Positions 21,958-31,469 of a stretch of 64,000 nucleotides of DNA are shown piece by piece. The stretch lies in the NCBI RefSeq assembly GCF_032229525.1, contig NZ_JAVTWB010000049.1, positions 2,315 to 66,314 of the forward strand, in the 5' to 3' direction. Under the pieces are notes generated by a model. It ran no database searches. It was not told the DNA's origin and saw nothing but the letters and a program-made list of their open reading frames with translations. A program made the translations under genes and the position numbers. The DNA comes from Accumulibacter sp. (GTDB lineage: Bacteria > Pseudomonadota > Gammaproteobacteria > Burkholderiales > Rhodocyclaceae). Position 1 is the stretch's first letter. Every line of letters begins with the position of its first letter.

Positions 21958-22341
21958 ATGATAAAAACGATACTTCTCGTGGATGATTCGCCGATCTCCC
22001 GAAGGATGCTGAAGAGCTGCATTCCACAAGATCGTGGCTACGAGTTGTTCGAAGCCAGTGATGGGTTGGCCGGATTTGAGGCGTATAAAGAGATCCGACC
22101 GGATGTAACCTTCATGGATCTGACCATGCCGGTCATGGATGGCAATGAAGCCACCGCAAAGATTATCGAACTTGACCCAGGAGCCGTCGTCATTGCCTGC
22201 ACGGCAGATATTCAAGTCAAGTCGATTACCAGGATACTGGCACTGGGCGCTCTGCTGGTTGTAAGAAAACCCTCCTCAAAGGCTTCGGTTGAAGATGCTC
22301 TGACAAGAGCCGAAAAGAATCTGCGGCAGGCCGATGGATGA
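21958..22341 (+). CDS. Single-domain CheY-like response regulator
   Basis: ILLVDDS, phospho-acceptor FMDLTMP, TAD and the conserved KP. Confidence 0.92.
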   Translation: MIKTILLVDDSPISRRMLKSCIPQDRGYELFEASDGLAGFEAYKEIRPDVTFMDLTMPVMDGNEATAKIIELDPGAVVIACTADIQVKSITRILALGALLVVRKPSSKASVEDALTRAEKNLRQADG

Positions 22342-22975
22342 CTACTCGTTCGATGTTGTGTCGGATGAAGAAAAGGATATTCTTCAGGAAATCATGAACA
22401 TTGCGTTCGGCAAGGCCGCTGCCGACCTTGCCGAGGTGATCAATATTTTTGTTGTCCTCAGCGTGCCCGACATCCAGATGCTCAGGGCACAGGACCTCCC
22501 GGAATATCTTAAGAAGCAGGTCAGTGCGTATCACCGCATCACCATTGTCGAACAGAATTTCTGGGGAGAGTTCAAGGGAAGTGCTTTTCTTGCTTTTCAA
22601 GCCAGTGCCGGCAGAGAGCTGGTCTCGCTTTTTGGCGACGGTACCGAAGAACTCGGCTCGGAGCCAATTTACGGATTGGAAAAAGAAACCCTGATGGAGG
22701 TGGGCAATATTCTCATCGGCGCCTGCGTTGGCAAGCTGTCCGAGCTCCTGGGCGACTCCGTCACCTATTCTCCCCCCCGTGTGGTCACCGAAAACACCTC
22801 CAACGACGCTATCCCGAGCAGTATCTTTGAAAGCTACTCCTCTGCAATCGTTCTGAAAACTACCTTCTGTTTCAACGAGCGCAACGTTGATGGCTTCCTG
22901 TTCCTGGTTACCAGCAATGAATCGATTGTCTGGCTGAAAAAAGCCCTGGCGAAGTTTATGGAGCAGTACGAGTGA
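22334..22975 (+). CDS. CheC-family phosphatase
   Basis: Two ExxN motifs (LQEIMNIAFG; MEVGNILIG), plus LSVPDI and YSPP. Overlaps both neighbours. Confidence 0.88.
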   Translation: MDDYSFDVVSDEEKDILQEIMNIAFGKAAADLAEVINIFVVLSVPDIQMLRAQDLPEYLKKQVSAYHRITIVEQNFWGEFKGSAFLAFQASAGRELVSLFGDGTEELGSEPIYGLEKETLMEVGNILIGACVGKLSELLGDSVTYSPPRVVTENTSNDAIPSSIFESYSSAIVLKTTFCFNERNVDGFLFLVTSNESIVWLKKALAKFMEQYE

Positions 22976-23877
22976 CCCAGAGCGAACTCAGCCAGATCTT
23001 CGACACCGTCAACTTCGGTCTGGTCGTTTTCGACCGGGACATGGCCATTCGGCACTGGAATCGCTGGATGGCGATGCATAGTGGAATACCTGCGGCACGG
23101 ATTGTCGGCCAACCCGTTCTCGATTTCTTTCCCCAATTGAACACCGCCAGTTTCAACAAAAACTGCAAGTCGGTTTTGACCTTCGGCAACTTCGCATTCT
23201 TTTCTCAAAAACTGCATCGCTTTCTCTTTCCATTCAAACCGGACAGTTCGTTCGGTTCGCGCTTCGACATGATGCAGCAGAGCTGCAGCATGGGGCCGCT
23301 TCGCTCCAAAGACAATTGCATCTCCGGCATCTTCCTGATTGTTCAGGACGTAACCGAGCTTGCCAGTTACGAGCAGAAATTGGTTGAGATGAATACGAAA
23401 GATGCGCTAACCGGGGTCTACAACCGACGATTTCTGGAGTCGCGCCTGAAGGATGAGTGTACAAGGCAACAGAGGTATCTTCGACCCTTGAGCCTGATCA
23501 TGATCGACATCGATTTCTTCAAGAAAGTGAACGATACCTATGGCCACCAGGGCGGAGATTTAATCCTGCAGTCCGTTGCGGGAAAAGCGGCATCTGTAAT
23601 CAGGAAGACCGATTTTTTCGCCCGCTACGGCGGCGAAGAGTTCTGCTGCCTGCTCCCGGAAACGGGCGCCGAGGCCGCCGAAACCGTGGCCGAAAACCTT
23701 AGAGTACATATTCAGGAGATGGAGAACCGATTCGATGACAAGCCCATCAAGGTCACCATCAGCCTCGGAATTTCAACCCTGGTCGCTGATGACTCCCCGG
23801 ATACGCTACTGAAAAGGGCAGATGACGCTCTCTACCAGGCGAAACATGCAGGCCGAAACCGGTTCGTGAGAATTTGA
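22972..23877 (+). CDS. PAS-like sensor diguanylate cyclase
   Basis: DALTGVYNRR, MIDIDFFKKVND.YGH..GD, I-site RKTD, active-site RYGGEEF, and ADDALYQAK..GRNR. Confidence 0.93.
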   Translation: MTQSELSQIFDTVNFGLVVFDRDMAIRHWNRWMAMHSGIPAARIVGQPVLDFFPQLNTASFNKNCKSVLTFGNFAFFSQKLHRFLFPFKPDSSFGSRFDMMQQSCSMGPLRSKDNCISGIFLIVQDVTELASYEQKLVEMNTKDALTGVYNRRFLESRLKDECTRQQRYLRPLSLIMIDIDFFKKVNDTYGHQGGDLILQSVAGKAASVIRKTDFFARYGGEEFCCLLPETGAEAAETVAENLRVHIQEMENRFDDKPIKVTISLGISTLVADDSPDTLLKRADDALYQAKHAGRNRFVRI

Positions 23878-24149
23878 TTGGGCTGGTGGCAGAGTACTGC
23901 CACGGCATAAGGCCGTTCATCGCGCCCAGATCTCCGCTCTTACGCGGCTCGATGGGCCGATTAGGGTAGCCGCGCCGAAAGCCCGCTGACCACACCAGCG
24001 CGAAACACGGATCCCGGCACCTGACACGCGAGGAACCGGCGCTGCAAGAACCCGCTGGGGATCGAGATGATCCCTGCGATCAAGCGGACGCCCGTTCTGC
24101 AGCGTTTGGCAATTTCCGGGGCGCCGCGCCGAGTGGGCTGGTTCCTCTG

Positions 24150-24858
24150 CTCGTGGACGGTCGGTGACGTGTCTGACGGCGGATCACAAAGCAACTCGTC
24201 TGTGGCCTGCGCGTCAAGACGGTATTCACGGTTACAGATATCGTCCTTGATCACGACTTCGCCGTGTTCCGGGAGAGCCGCGTAAACTTCGCAGCGACCG
24301 AGCGAGCGCGGTATCAAACGCACCTTTCCCCAGTCTTTCGGGCAGTGATAGGCGACCGCTCGGGTGGCGAAGAGACGGACCGTCTCCTGGCCAAAAAGGC
24401 GCAGCAGCAGTTCGTTGGGGGGGCAGTGACAGCAGTTCAGCAGGTTTCACTGTCGCGGCGAGCCCTTCGATACGTGTCCAGCCGCCCGCGTCGCGTTGTT
24501 CGGCGGTGGGCAGGCGCTGCAGAAAGAGGCCGGCGGCACCGTCCGCCGAAGTGGCGAGAAACAGGCGTGCTGGCAACTGCTCCGATTGCCCGAGGTAGTG
24601 CTCGAAGATTTCGGCGATGCGGTCGCCGGTGAGTGGCACGATGTTCTGGTAAGGCTCGTGCATTGACGGCATGGCGAGCGCCAGTTGTAGTTGGCCTTCA
24701 CCGAGCAGGTCCGCAGCGGAGCCCGCGGCAACGGCCGCGCTGCACCTGCCCATGCCGCGGATCTGCGGCTCGTTGCAGTCGATGACCAGCAGCGAAGCTA
24801 CCGCGCAACTGGGTGGGCGGGCGTCCGAGCTGCTTCAGGGTTGCTGGCGAGCAAGAGC
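24150..24858 (-). pseudogene. hslO: Hsp33 chaperone remnant: N-terminus missing, several frameshifts
   Basis: Stitched frames give ASN/LKQLGR..TQLRGS/SLLVIDCNEPQIRGM..EPYQNIVPL..IFEHYLGQSEQLPARLFL..AGLFLQRLP, then a +1 shift in the G7 run at 24417-24423, then NELLLRLFGQETVRLF..YHCPKDWGKV..DDICNREYR. No stop at the expected end. Confidence 0.85.
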
Positions 24859-25060
24859 GTTCTCGTGCTTGTCTTCAGCAAGCCCTTTCCAGGTCGTGCC
24901 ACGCTAGTTGAGCAGCCGCTGCCAACCGGCGCGGCCGTTCCAGTCGGCGAGTTGGTCGACACTGATACCCACCTTGCGCTAGTCGACGAAGTCACCGGGG
25001 ATGTGGATCCCGCCGGTTTCGACGAGGGCCAGTGCGACAAGTCTCGTGGACTGCTTCCTC
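24859..25060 (-). pseudogene. ArsC/Spx-family (YffB-like) remnant abutting the hslO remnant
   Basis: The frame reads DFVD*RKVGISVDQLADWNGRAGWQRLLN*RGTTWKGL, matching the YffB-type W..LLN.RGTTW..L signature. In-frame TAG stops at 24979-24981 and 24904-24906. Confidence 0.6.
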
Positions 25061-25322
25061 TCGCCGCAGTCACTTGCTGGTAGAATTCTGCTGTCCGCTC
25101 AATGATGAATAGATTGCTCGTCAATACGGCATCCAGCTTGTAACCATTAATGATGGGTATCCGGTGGATTCGTTGGTGGTCGCCGCTGGTCACGACGGGA
25201 TCTCGAAATGGCGCTCACCATGCCGCAGCGAGTAACCCTTATTGGCCGACCTGGAATGCCTGTTCGATCGCCATGCTGGGGCCGACGTCGGCTGTACCGA
25301 ACTCCGCCTGCAAGAGGAAACA

Positions 25323-26381
25323 ATGCATAACTACCCCACGATTACCGGTCGCAAGATCCGCATGGCGCTTGTTGGCTGCGGACGCATCGCGGCTAATCAC
25401 TTTAGCGCCATGCAGCAGCACGGCGAGCACATCGAAATCGTCGATGTTTGCGACGTTGACCGCAAGGCGCTTGACAAAGCCGTCCAATGTACCGGCGCCA
25501 GAGGGCATGCGAGCCTGACCGATATGCTCAAAACGACCACGGCGGATGTGGTCGTCCTGTCGACGCCGAGTGGTTTGCACTCGGAGGAGACTATCGAGAT
25601 CGCACAATCAGGCCGTCATGTGATGACCGAGAAGCCGATGGCAACCCGCTGGCAGGATGGTCTGCGCATGGTCAAGGCTTGCGACGATATCGGCGTGCGC
25701 CTGTTCGTAGTCAAGCAGAACCGGCGCAACGCCACTCTGCAGCTCTTGAAGCGTGCGGTTGAGCAGAAGCGCTTCGGCCGCATCTACATGGTCAATATCA
25801 ACGTCTTCTGGACCCGCCCGCAGGAGTACTATGACAGTGCCAAGTGGCGTGGGACCTGGGAGTTCGATGGTGGCGCCTTCATGAACCAGGCCAGTCATTA
25901 TGTCGATCTGCTGGACTGGCTGATCGGCCCCATCGAAAGCCTGCAGGCCTATACCTCCACTTTGGAGCGCAACATCGAGGTCGAGGATACCGGGGTGCTC
26001 AGCGTTCGCTGGCGTTCCGGTGCGCTGGGTTCGATGAACGTCACGATGCTGACCTACCCAAGGAATCTGGAAGGTAGCGTCACGATTCTAGGTGAAAAGG
26101 GTTCCGTGCGGGTTGGCGGTGTGGCAGTCAACGAGATCCAGCACTGGGAGTTCGCCGAGAAGCGGCCGGAAGACGAGCAGATCGCTTCCGCCAACTACCA
26201 AACCACGTCGGTTTACGGTTTCGGTCATCCGCTCTACTACGATAATGTAATCAAAGTCATGCGTGGCGAGGCCGAGCCTGAAACCGATGGTCGCGAAGGG
26301 CTGAAGTCGCTGGAAGTGCTGATTGCCGCCTATCTGGCTGCGCGTGACGGCAAGCGGGTCGCCTTGCCGCTGGATTACTGA
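25323..26381 (+). CDS. wbpB: UDP-GlcNAcA 3-dehydrogenase (Gfo/Idh/MocA; WbpB/WlbA)
   Basis: [40 protein letters not shown] and YGFGH. It lies upstream of wbpD- and wbpE-like genes. Confidence 0.88.
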   Translation: MHNYPTITGRKIRMALVGCGRIAANHFSAMQQHGEHIEIVDVCDVDRKALDKAVQCTGARGHASLTDMLKTTTADVVVLSTPSGLHSEETIEIAQSGRHVMTEKPMATRWQDGLRMVKACDDIGVRLFVVKQNRRNATLQLLKRAVEQKRFGRIYMVNINVFWTRPQEYYDSAKWRGTWEFDGGAFMNQASHYVDLLDWLIGPIESLQAYTSTLERNIEVEDTGVLSVRWRSGALGSMNVTMLTYPRNLEGSVTILGEKGSVRVGGVAVNEIQHWEFAEKRPEDEQIASANYQTTSVYGFGHPLYYDNVIKVMRGEAEPETDGREGLKSLEVLIAAYLAARDGKRVALPLDY

Positions 26382-26382
26382 C

Positions 26383-26958
26383 GTGGCAATTACCATCCAC
26401 TCATCCGCGATCGTGGACGAGGGTGCTGTCATCGGCGACGGTAGCCGAGTCTGGCATTTTGCCCACATCTGTGCCGGTGCGCGCATCGGCCAGGATTGCT
26501 CCTTCGGCCAGAATGTGTTCGTCGGCAATGATGTCACGATCGGTAACAACGCCAGGGTTCAGAACAACGTTTCCATCTACGATGCGGTCCATCTTGAGGA
26601 CGATGTCTTCTGCGGGCCGAGCATGGTCTTTACCAATGTGTATAACCCGCGGTCTGCGGTTACCCGCAAGAATGAATACCGGGTTACGACGGTGAAAAGA
26701 GGGGCGACGCTGGGAGCCAATTCCACCATCGTCTGTGGTGTAACCGTGGGCGAGTTTGCCTTTGTCGCTGCTGGCGCCGTAATCAACCGCGATGTCAAGC
26801 CCTATGCCTTGATGGCGGGCGTGCCGGCACGGCAGATCGGCTGGATGAACGAGCATGGCGACCGACTCGACCTTCCGCTCGAGGGTGATGCCTTGCTCCA
26901 ATGCCCGATCACCGGCAAGACCTACAAGCTGACGGGGACGACATTGGCGGTTGAATGA
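26383..26958 (+). CDS. wbpD: UDP-3-amino-GlcNAcA N-acetyltransferase (hexapeptide repeat; WbpD/WlbB)
   Basis: [40 protein letters not shown] and [12 protein letters not shown] start 1 nt after the wbpB stop. Confidence 0.9.
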   Translation: MAITIHSSAIVDEGAVIGDGSRVWHFAHICAGARIGQDCSFGQNVFVGNDVTIGNNARVQNNVSIYDAVHLEDDVFCGPSMVFTNVYNPRSAVTRKNEYRVTTVKRGATLGANSTIVCGVTVGEFAFVAAGAVINRDVKPYALMAGVPARQIGWMNEHGDRLDLPLEGDALLQCPITGKTYKLTGTTLAVE

Positions 26959-28025
26959 GGGTCGCGGTGATCGGCGGCGGAATCAACGGTGTGATGACCG
27001 CCTGGGCCTTTGCCCGGCGGGGCGATAGCGTCGATCTCTACGAAAAAGGCCAACTGATGTCCGCCACCAGCAGCAGCTCCAGCAAAATGCTGCACGGTGG
27101 ATTGCGATACCTCGAACACGGTCATCTGGGTTTGGTTCGCGAAGCGCTGCAGGAGCGCTCCTGGTGGGTCCGGCAGGCACCACAATTTGCCAGCCCATTG
27201 CAGTTGCTCATCCCAATCTATCGGCAAGGCGGGCGGGCGAAGTGGTTGGTTGGAGCAGGCATCCGGTTGTACGACCTGCTGGCACTCGGATCCGGGTTCC
27301 CACGTGGCCGTTGGTACAGCGCTACCGAGGTGGTCGACCGCTTCCCTGCGCTGCGACGGGAGCAACTGCTGGGCGCCTATGGCTACTGGGATGCCCAGAT
27401 GGACGACTACCAACTGGGTCTGTGGGCTGCTGAAAAAGCAAGGCAGGCAGGCGCCAGACTGCACGAGCAGACTCCCGTGCTGAGGCTCGATGCGACGACA
27501 GGAGAGGTCAGTTTTGGCGGCTCCAGTGCCAGCTACGACCGTGTCGTCAATGTTGCCGGCCCTTGGGCGGAAAAGCTCCTTGCCGACTCAGGCGTGACCA
27601 GCGCCTACCGCCTTGACCTGATCCGCGGTAGCCATATCGTCATACCGGGCAAACGTGAGCAAGGTTGTGTTCTCCAGGTGCCCGGCGAGAAGCGCATCCT
27701 GTTTGTTCTCCCCCTTGGGGAACGTACCCTGCTCGGCACCACGGAAGTCAGCCAGAGTGACCCCGACCACTGTGCGCCCACCGAGGCCGAAGTCGGCTAC
27801 CTGATCGACAATTACAACCGTTGTTTTTCTGAACCCATAGCGCAGCAGGATATACTTGCACGCTTTGCCGGTATCCGCCCGATTGTTGCGAGCAAAACCG
27901 ATTATTCCGCCGCTAGTCGGGAATCGGTGATTGAACGTCAGGGCCGGCTGCTCAACGTCTTTGGCGGCAAATGGACCACTGCGAGGGCACTTGCTGCCGC
28001 CGTGCTGACCAAATCGCAGCATTGA
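26955..28025 (+). CDS. Short GlpD/DAO-family FAD-dependent oxidoreductase
   Basis: [43 protein letters not shown] and GGKWTT. At 356 aa it lacks the GlpD C-terminal cap. ATGA overlap with wbpD. Confidence 0.8.
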   Translation: MRVAVIGGGINGVMTAWAFARRGDSVDLYEKGQLMSATSSSSSKMLHGGLRYLEHGHLGLVREALQERSWWVRQAPQFASPLQLLIPIYRQGGRAKWLVGAGIRLYDLLALGSGFPRGRWYSATEVVDRFPALRREQLLGAYGYWDAQMDDYQLGLWAAEKARQAGARLHEQTPVLRLDATTGEVSFGGSSASYDRVVNVAGPWAEKLLADSGVTSAYRLDLIRGSHIVIPGKREQGCVLQVPGEKRILFVLPLGERTLLGTTEVSQSDPDHCAPTEAEVGYLIDNYNRCFSEPIAQQDILARFAGIRPIVASKTDYSAASRESVIERQGRLLNVFGGKWTTARALAAAVLTKSQH

Positions 28026-28033
28026 AAGAAAAA

Positions 28034-29128
28034 GTGAAAATTCAATTCATCGATCTGCAGGCCCAGTATCAGGCGCTCAAGACTTCAATCAACGCACGCA
28101 TCCAGAAAGTGCTCGACCACGGCCAGTACATCATGGGCCCCGAAGTGCTTGAACTCGAAGGCAAGCTCGTTGAATACACCGGGGCGAAGCAATGCATCAC
28201 TGTCGCCTCCGGTACCGAGGCGCTTCTCATTGCCCTGATGGCACTCGATATCAAGCCGGGTGATGAGATCATCACTACCCCGTTCACCTTCGTCGCCACG
28301 GCCGAAGTCATCGCCTTGCTGGGCGCCACCCCGGTCTTTGTCGACATCGAAGCGGATACCTGCAACATCGACGTCAAGAAGATCGAGGCTGCGATCAGCC
28401 CGCGGACTCGCGTAATCATGCCGGTCAGCCTCTATGGGCAAGCGGCGGATATGAACGAAATAAATGCCATCGCGGCCAGGCACGGGCTGACGGTCATCGA
28501 AGATGCAGCGCAGAGCTTTGGCGCCGAATATCAGGGCAAGAAGAGTTGTAATCTGTCCACCATTGGTTGCACCAGCTTCTTCCCGAGCAAGCCCCTTGGC
28601 TGCTATGGCGACGGAGGGGCCATCTTTACAAGCGACGATCAACTCGCCAAAGCGATGCGGGAAATTCGCGTACATGGTCAGGAAAAACGTTACGTTCATA
28701 CGCGGATTGGCGTCGGCGGTCGCATGGATACCCTGCAATGCGCCGTCGTTCTCGCGAAGATGGAACACTTCGAGTGGGAAGTCGAACAGCGCTTGCTGCG
28801 TGGCGAGCACTACCTCGGCCTGCTAGAGGGGCTTTCCTCTGTCCAGCAGCCTGTGATTCGACCAGATAGAACCTGCGTTTGGGGTCAGTTTACCGTTCAG
28901 GTTGAGAATCGGGAGTCTGTGCTTGATCGCTTCACGGTGAAAGGGGTGCCGACGGCAGTTCACTACCCGGTCCCGCTTCATCTTCAACCTGCCTATCAGG
29001 GGATTTGTCGGACCTCCGGCACTCTGAAGACGGCTGAACTTGTCTCCTCCAGGGTGTTCAGCCTTCCGATGCATCCCTACCTTGAGCACGCTGAACAGCA
29101 AATGATCATTGGGTGTTTTGCCGATTGA
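28034..29128 (+). CDS. wbpE: DegT/DnrJ aminotransferase (WbpE/WlbC)
   Basis: FIDLQAQY, SGTEAL, IEDAAQSFGA, SFFPSKPLGCYGDGG, GRMDTLQ and VHYP.PLH. GTG 28034 chosen; TTG 28022 is an alternative start. Confidence 0.9.
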   Translation: MKIQFIDLQAQYQALKTSINARIQKVLDHGQYIMGPEVLELEGKLVEYTGAKQCITVASGTEALLIALMALDIKPGDEIITTPFTFVATAEVIALLGATPVFVDIEADTCNIDVKKIEAAISPRTRVIMPVSLYGQAADMNEINAIAARHGLTVIEDAAQSFGAEYQGKKSCNLSTIGCTSFFPSKPLGCYGDGGAIFTSDDQLAKAMREIRVHGQEKRYVHTRIGVGGRMDTLQCAVVLAKMEHFEWEVEQRLLRGEHYLGLLEGLSSVQQPVIRPDRTCVWGQFTVQVENRESVLDRFTVKGVPTAVHYPVPLHLQPAYQGICRTSGTLKTAELVSSRVFSLPMHPYLEHAEQQMIIGCFAD

Positions 29129-29140
29129 AGAGGGGGGAGC

Positions 29141-30136
29141 ATGTACAAGAATAATTCCGTCGTGGTGGTCGTGCCGGCGTATGACGAAGAAACCCAGATT
29201 GCCCGCGTAATCGAGACCATGCCCGACATCGTCGACATGATTGTTATCGTGAATGATCGCAGTCGCGACCAGACCTCTGAAGTCATTCGGCAGCACCCCC
29301 AGTATGGCGCAGGGCGGGTCACATTGCTCGAGCACGAGGTCAATCAGGGTGTCGGAGGGGCCATCGCGACCGGCTACATGTGGTCGCGAGACCACGACTA
29401 TGACGTGGCTGTCGTCATGGCTGGCGATGGGCAGATGGATCCCGATGATTTGCCCGCCATTCTCGACCCGGTCGTCGATGGTCAGGCGGATTACACCAAG
29501 GGAAACCGTCTGGTGACAGGCGAAGCCTTCAAGAAAATTCCAAAGGTTCGTTTTTTTGGCAACTCGGCGCTTTCCCTGCTGACCAAAATTGCCTCCGGTT
29601 ACTGGCATGTGGCTGATTCTCAGACAGGTTACACCGCCATCAACCGCTCTGCGCTGCGGGCCATCGACTGGGACAACATGTACAAGCGCTATGGTCAGCC
29701 GAACGATCTTCTGGTGAAGCTGAACGTCGCCGAGATGCGCGTTATCGATGTACCGATCGAGCCCGTGTACAACGTTGGAGAGAAATCCGGCATCAACGTG
29801 CGCAAGGCTATCTTCACGATTGGCTCCCTGCTGATTCGTCTGTTTTTCTGGCGTCTCAAGGAAAAATACATCATTCGCAATTTCCACCCGCTGGTATTTT
29901 TCTACGCAATGAGTTTTTTTGGTGTTGGCCTGAGTGCGGCACTATTCATTCGTCTGATCGCTTTGTGGGTCGGCCAGGGGCATATCCCCGAAATTACATT
30001 TCTGAGCTGGTTGTTTTCCTTCTCGCTGGGGTTCAACTCGCTTTTCTTTGCAATGTGGTTTGACTATGAAGAGAACAAGCACCTCAATCCCCCATTGAAA
30101 CATCGGGAGATCAAGCGCAAGCCAAGGCCTGGATGA
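29141..30136 (+). CDS. GT2 glycosyltransferase of polyprenol-phosphate (DPM/GtrB/ArnC-like) type with C-terminal TM helices
   Basis: VVVPAYDEE, VNDRSRD, NQGVGGA, MAGDGQMDP, YTKGNR and DSQTGY, followed by 2-3 hydrophobic C-terminal segments. Confidence 0.82.
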   Translation: MYKNNSVVVVVPAYDEETQIARVIETMPDIVDMIVIVNDRSRDQTSEVIRQHPQYGAGRVTLLEHEVNQGVGGAIATGYMWSRDHDYDVAVVMAGDGQMDPDDLPAILDPVVDGQADYTKGNRLVTGEAFKKIPKVRFFGNSALSLLTKIASGYWHVADSQTGYTAINRSALRAIDWDNMYKRYGQPNDLLVKLNVAEMRVIDVPIEPVYNVGEKSGINVRKAIFTIGSLLIRLFFWRLKEKYIIRNFHPLVFFYAMSFFGVGLSAALFIRLIALWVGQGHIPEITFLSWLFSFSLGFNSLFFAMWFDYEENKHLNPPLKHREIKRKPRPG

Positions 30137-31455
30137 TGGTATCGCTGTTCGAAACGATAAGAGACAGCCTAAGCAAGCACAAACTGACGAGAGACATTGC
30201 ATGGTCCATGGGCAGCTTCTTCGTCCTCGCGATTAGTGGCATTGTCATCAACGTTGCTGTCACCGCATTGCGGGATGCGGCGGCGCTGGGCGTCTTCAAT
30301 CTTGCGTATGCAGTCTACATTGTCATTTCGCAGCTGGCGATCTGGGGCATCCATTATTCCGTCTTGAGACATGCCGCGTTTTTCAAGGAGAACCCGGTAG
30401 AGCGCGGGACCATGCTTTTTACTGCCGCCGCTATGGCCCTTGTTTCGGGGGTGCTCGCAGCCGCCTTGACTGTCTTGGCAGAACCACTGTTTGCGGCGAT
30501 TTTTGAGAGTTCGCAGACCGCTGCTGCGGTTCGCTATTCGGCGCTCGGCCTGTTGCTCTTCCCCCTCAACAAGGTGCTCCTCGCTTATCTCAATGGCTTG
30601 CAAGAGATGAGGGTATTTTCGATCTTGCAAGGCTTCCGCTATCTGATGGTGATGCTGACGGTCACGGCAATTGCCGCGTCCTCCTTGCCCATCGAATTGG
30701 CGACTTTGGCTTTTTTTGTCGCCGAAGTTGGAACGGCCTTGGGCGCCGTCGTCTGGTTCATCAAGTGCCGGCCCACGGAGTCCATGACCTTTTCCGCGGT
30801 TTGGGTGCGAAAGCATTTTGCATTTGGCACAAAAGGCCTGGCAGGGGGAATGTTCGCGGAAGTCAATTCACGAATCGACGTCCTCTTGATCGGCTTCTTT
30901 CTGAATGATCGCGCAACGGGGATCTACAGTTTTGCCGCGATGCTGGTGGATGGTCTATACCAGGTCCTGGCGATGATTCGAATCAACTTCAATCCAGTCT
31001 TGGTTGGTGCGGTGCGCGACGGTAACTGGGAACAGGCCCGACGCCTGCGGATTCAATCGAGAAGGTTTGTCCAGCCGGTAGTCTTGGTGTTGTCCATGCT
31101 CCTCGTCATCGCCTACTACGTCCTTGCCGCCTGGATGGTTCCCGGAAAGGGGCTTCTTGAAGGCTTGCCATCGCTCCTGATTCTCTTGGCGGGTTTGAAC
31201 CTGATTTCAGTATTGGTTCCCTTTGATAACTTGATGGTGGTCTCCGGTCACCCGGGATATCAGGCCGCACAGCAAATGACTGCAGTGGGAGCCAATATTA
31301 TTATGGCAGCCGTACTGCTGCCACTGATCGGTATCGAGGGCGCTGCCTTGGGAACCGCCCTTAGCTATCTCTGCGGCATTTTAATGTTGGTAATTTTCTC
31401 CAGTCGACTGTTGGGTTGGCGATTGCTCAGTAACACGGTCCCAGTGGGGCGGTAA
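30133..31455 (+). CDS. Wzx/MATE-like flippase (first of two)
   Basis: Multi-pass hydrophobic protein of 440 aa with LGVFNLAY, RIDVLLIGFFL..ATGIYSFA and GIEGAALGT. Confidence 0.82.
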   Translation: MMVSLFETIRDSLSKHKLTRDIAWSMGSFFVLAISGIVINVAVTALRDAAALGVFNLAYAVYIVISQLAIWGIHYSVLRHAAFFKENPVERGTMLFTAAAMALVSGVLAAALTVLAEPLFAAIFESSQTAAAVRYSALGLLLFPLNKVLLAYLNGLQEMRVFSILQGFRYLMVMLTVTAIAASSLPIELATLAFFVAEVGTALGAVVWFIKCRPTESMTFSAVWVRKHFAFGTKGLAGGMFAEVNSRIDVLLIGFFLNDRATGIYSFAAMLVDGLYQVLAMIRINFNPVLVGAVRDGNWEQARRLRIQSRRFVQPVVLVLSMLLVIAYYVLAAWMVPGKGLLEGLPSLLILLAGLNLISVLVPFDNLMVVSGHPGYQAAQQMTAVGANIIMAAVLLPLIGIEGAALGTALSYLCGILMLVIFSSRLLGWRLLSNTVPVGR

Positions 31456-31469
31456 CCAGGTAAAAATCT

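Noticed and set aside
25100-25322. JUMPstart/ops element upstream of the polysaccharide locus
   Set aside because: No GGCGGTAG ops core was found.
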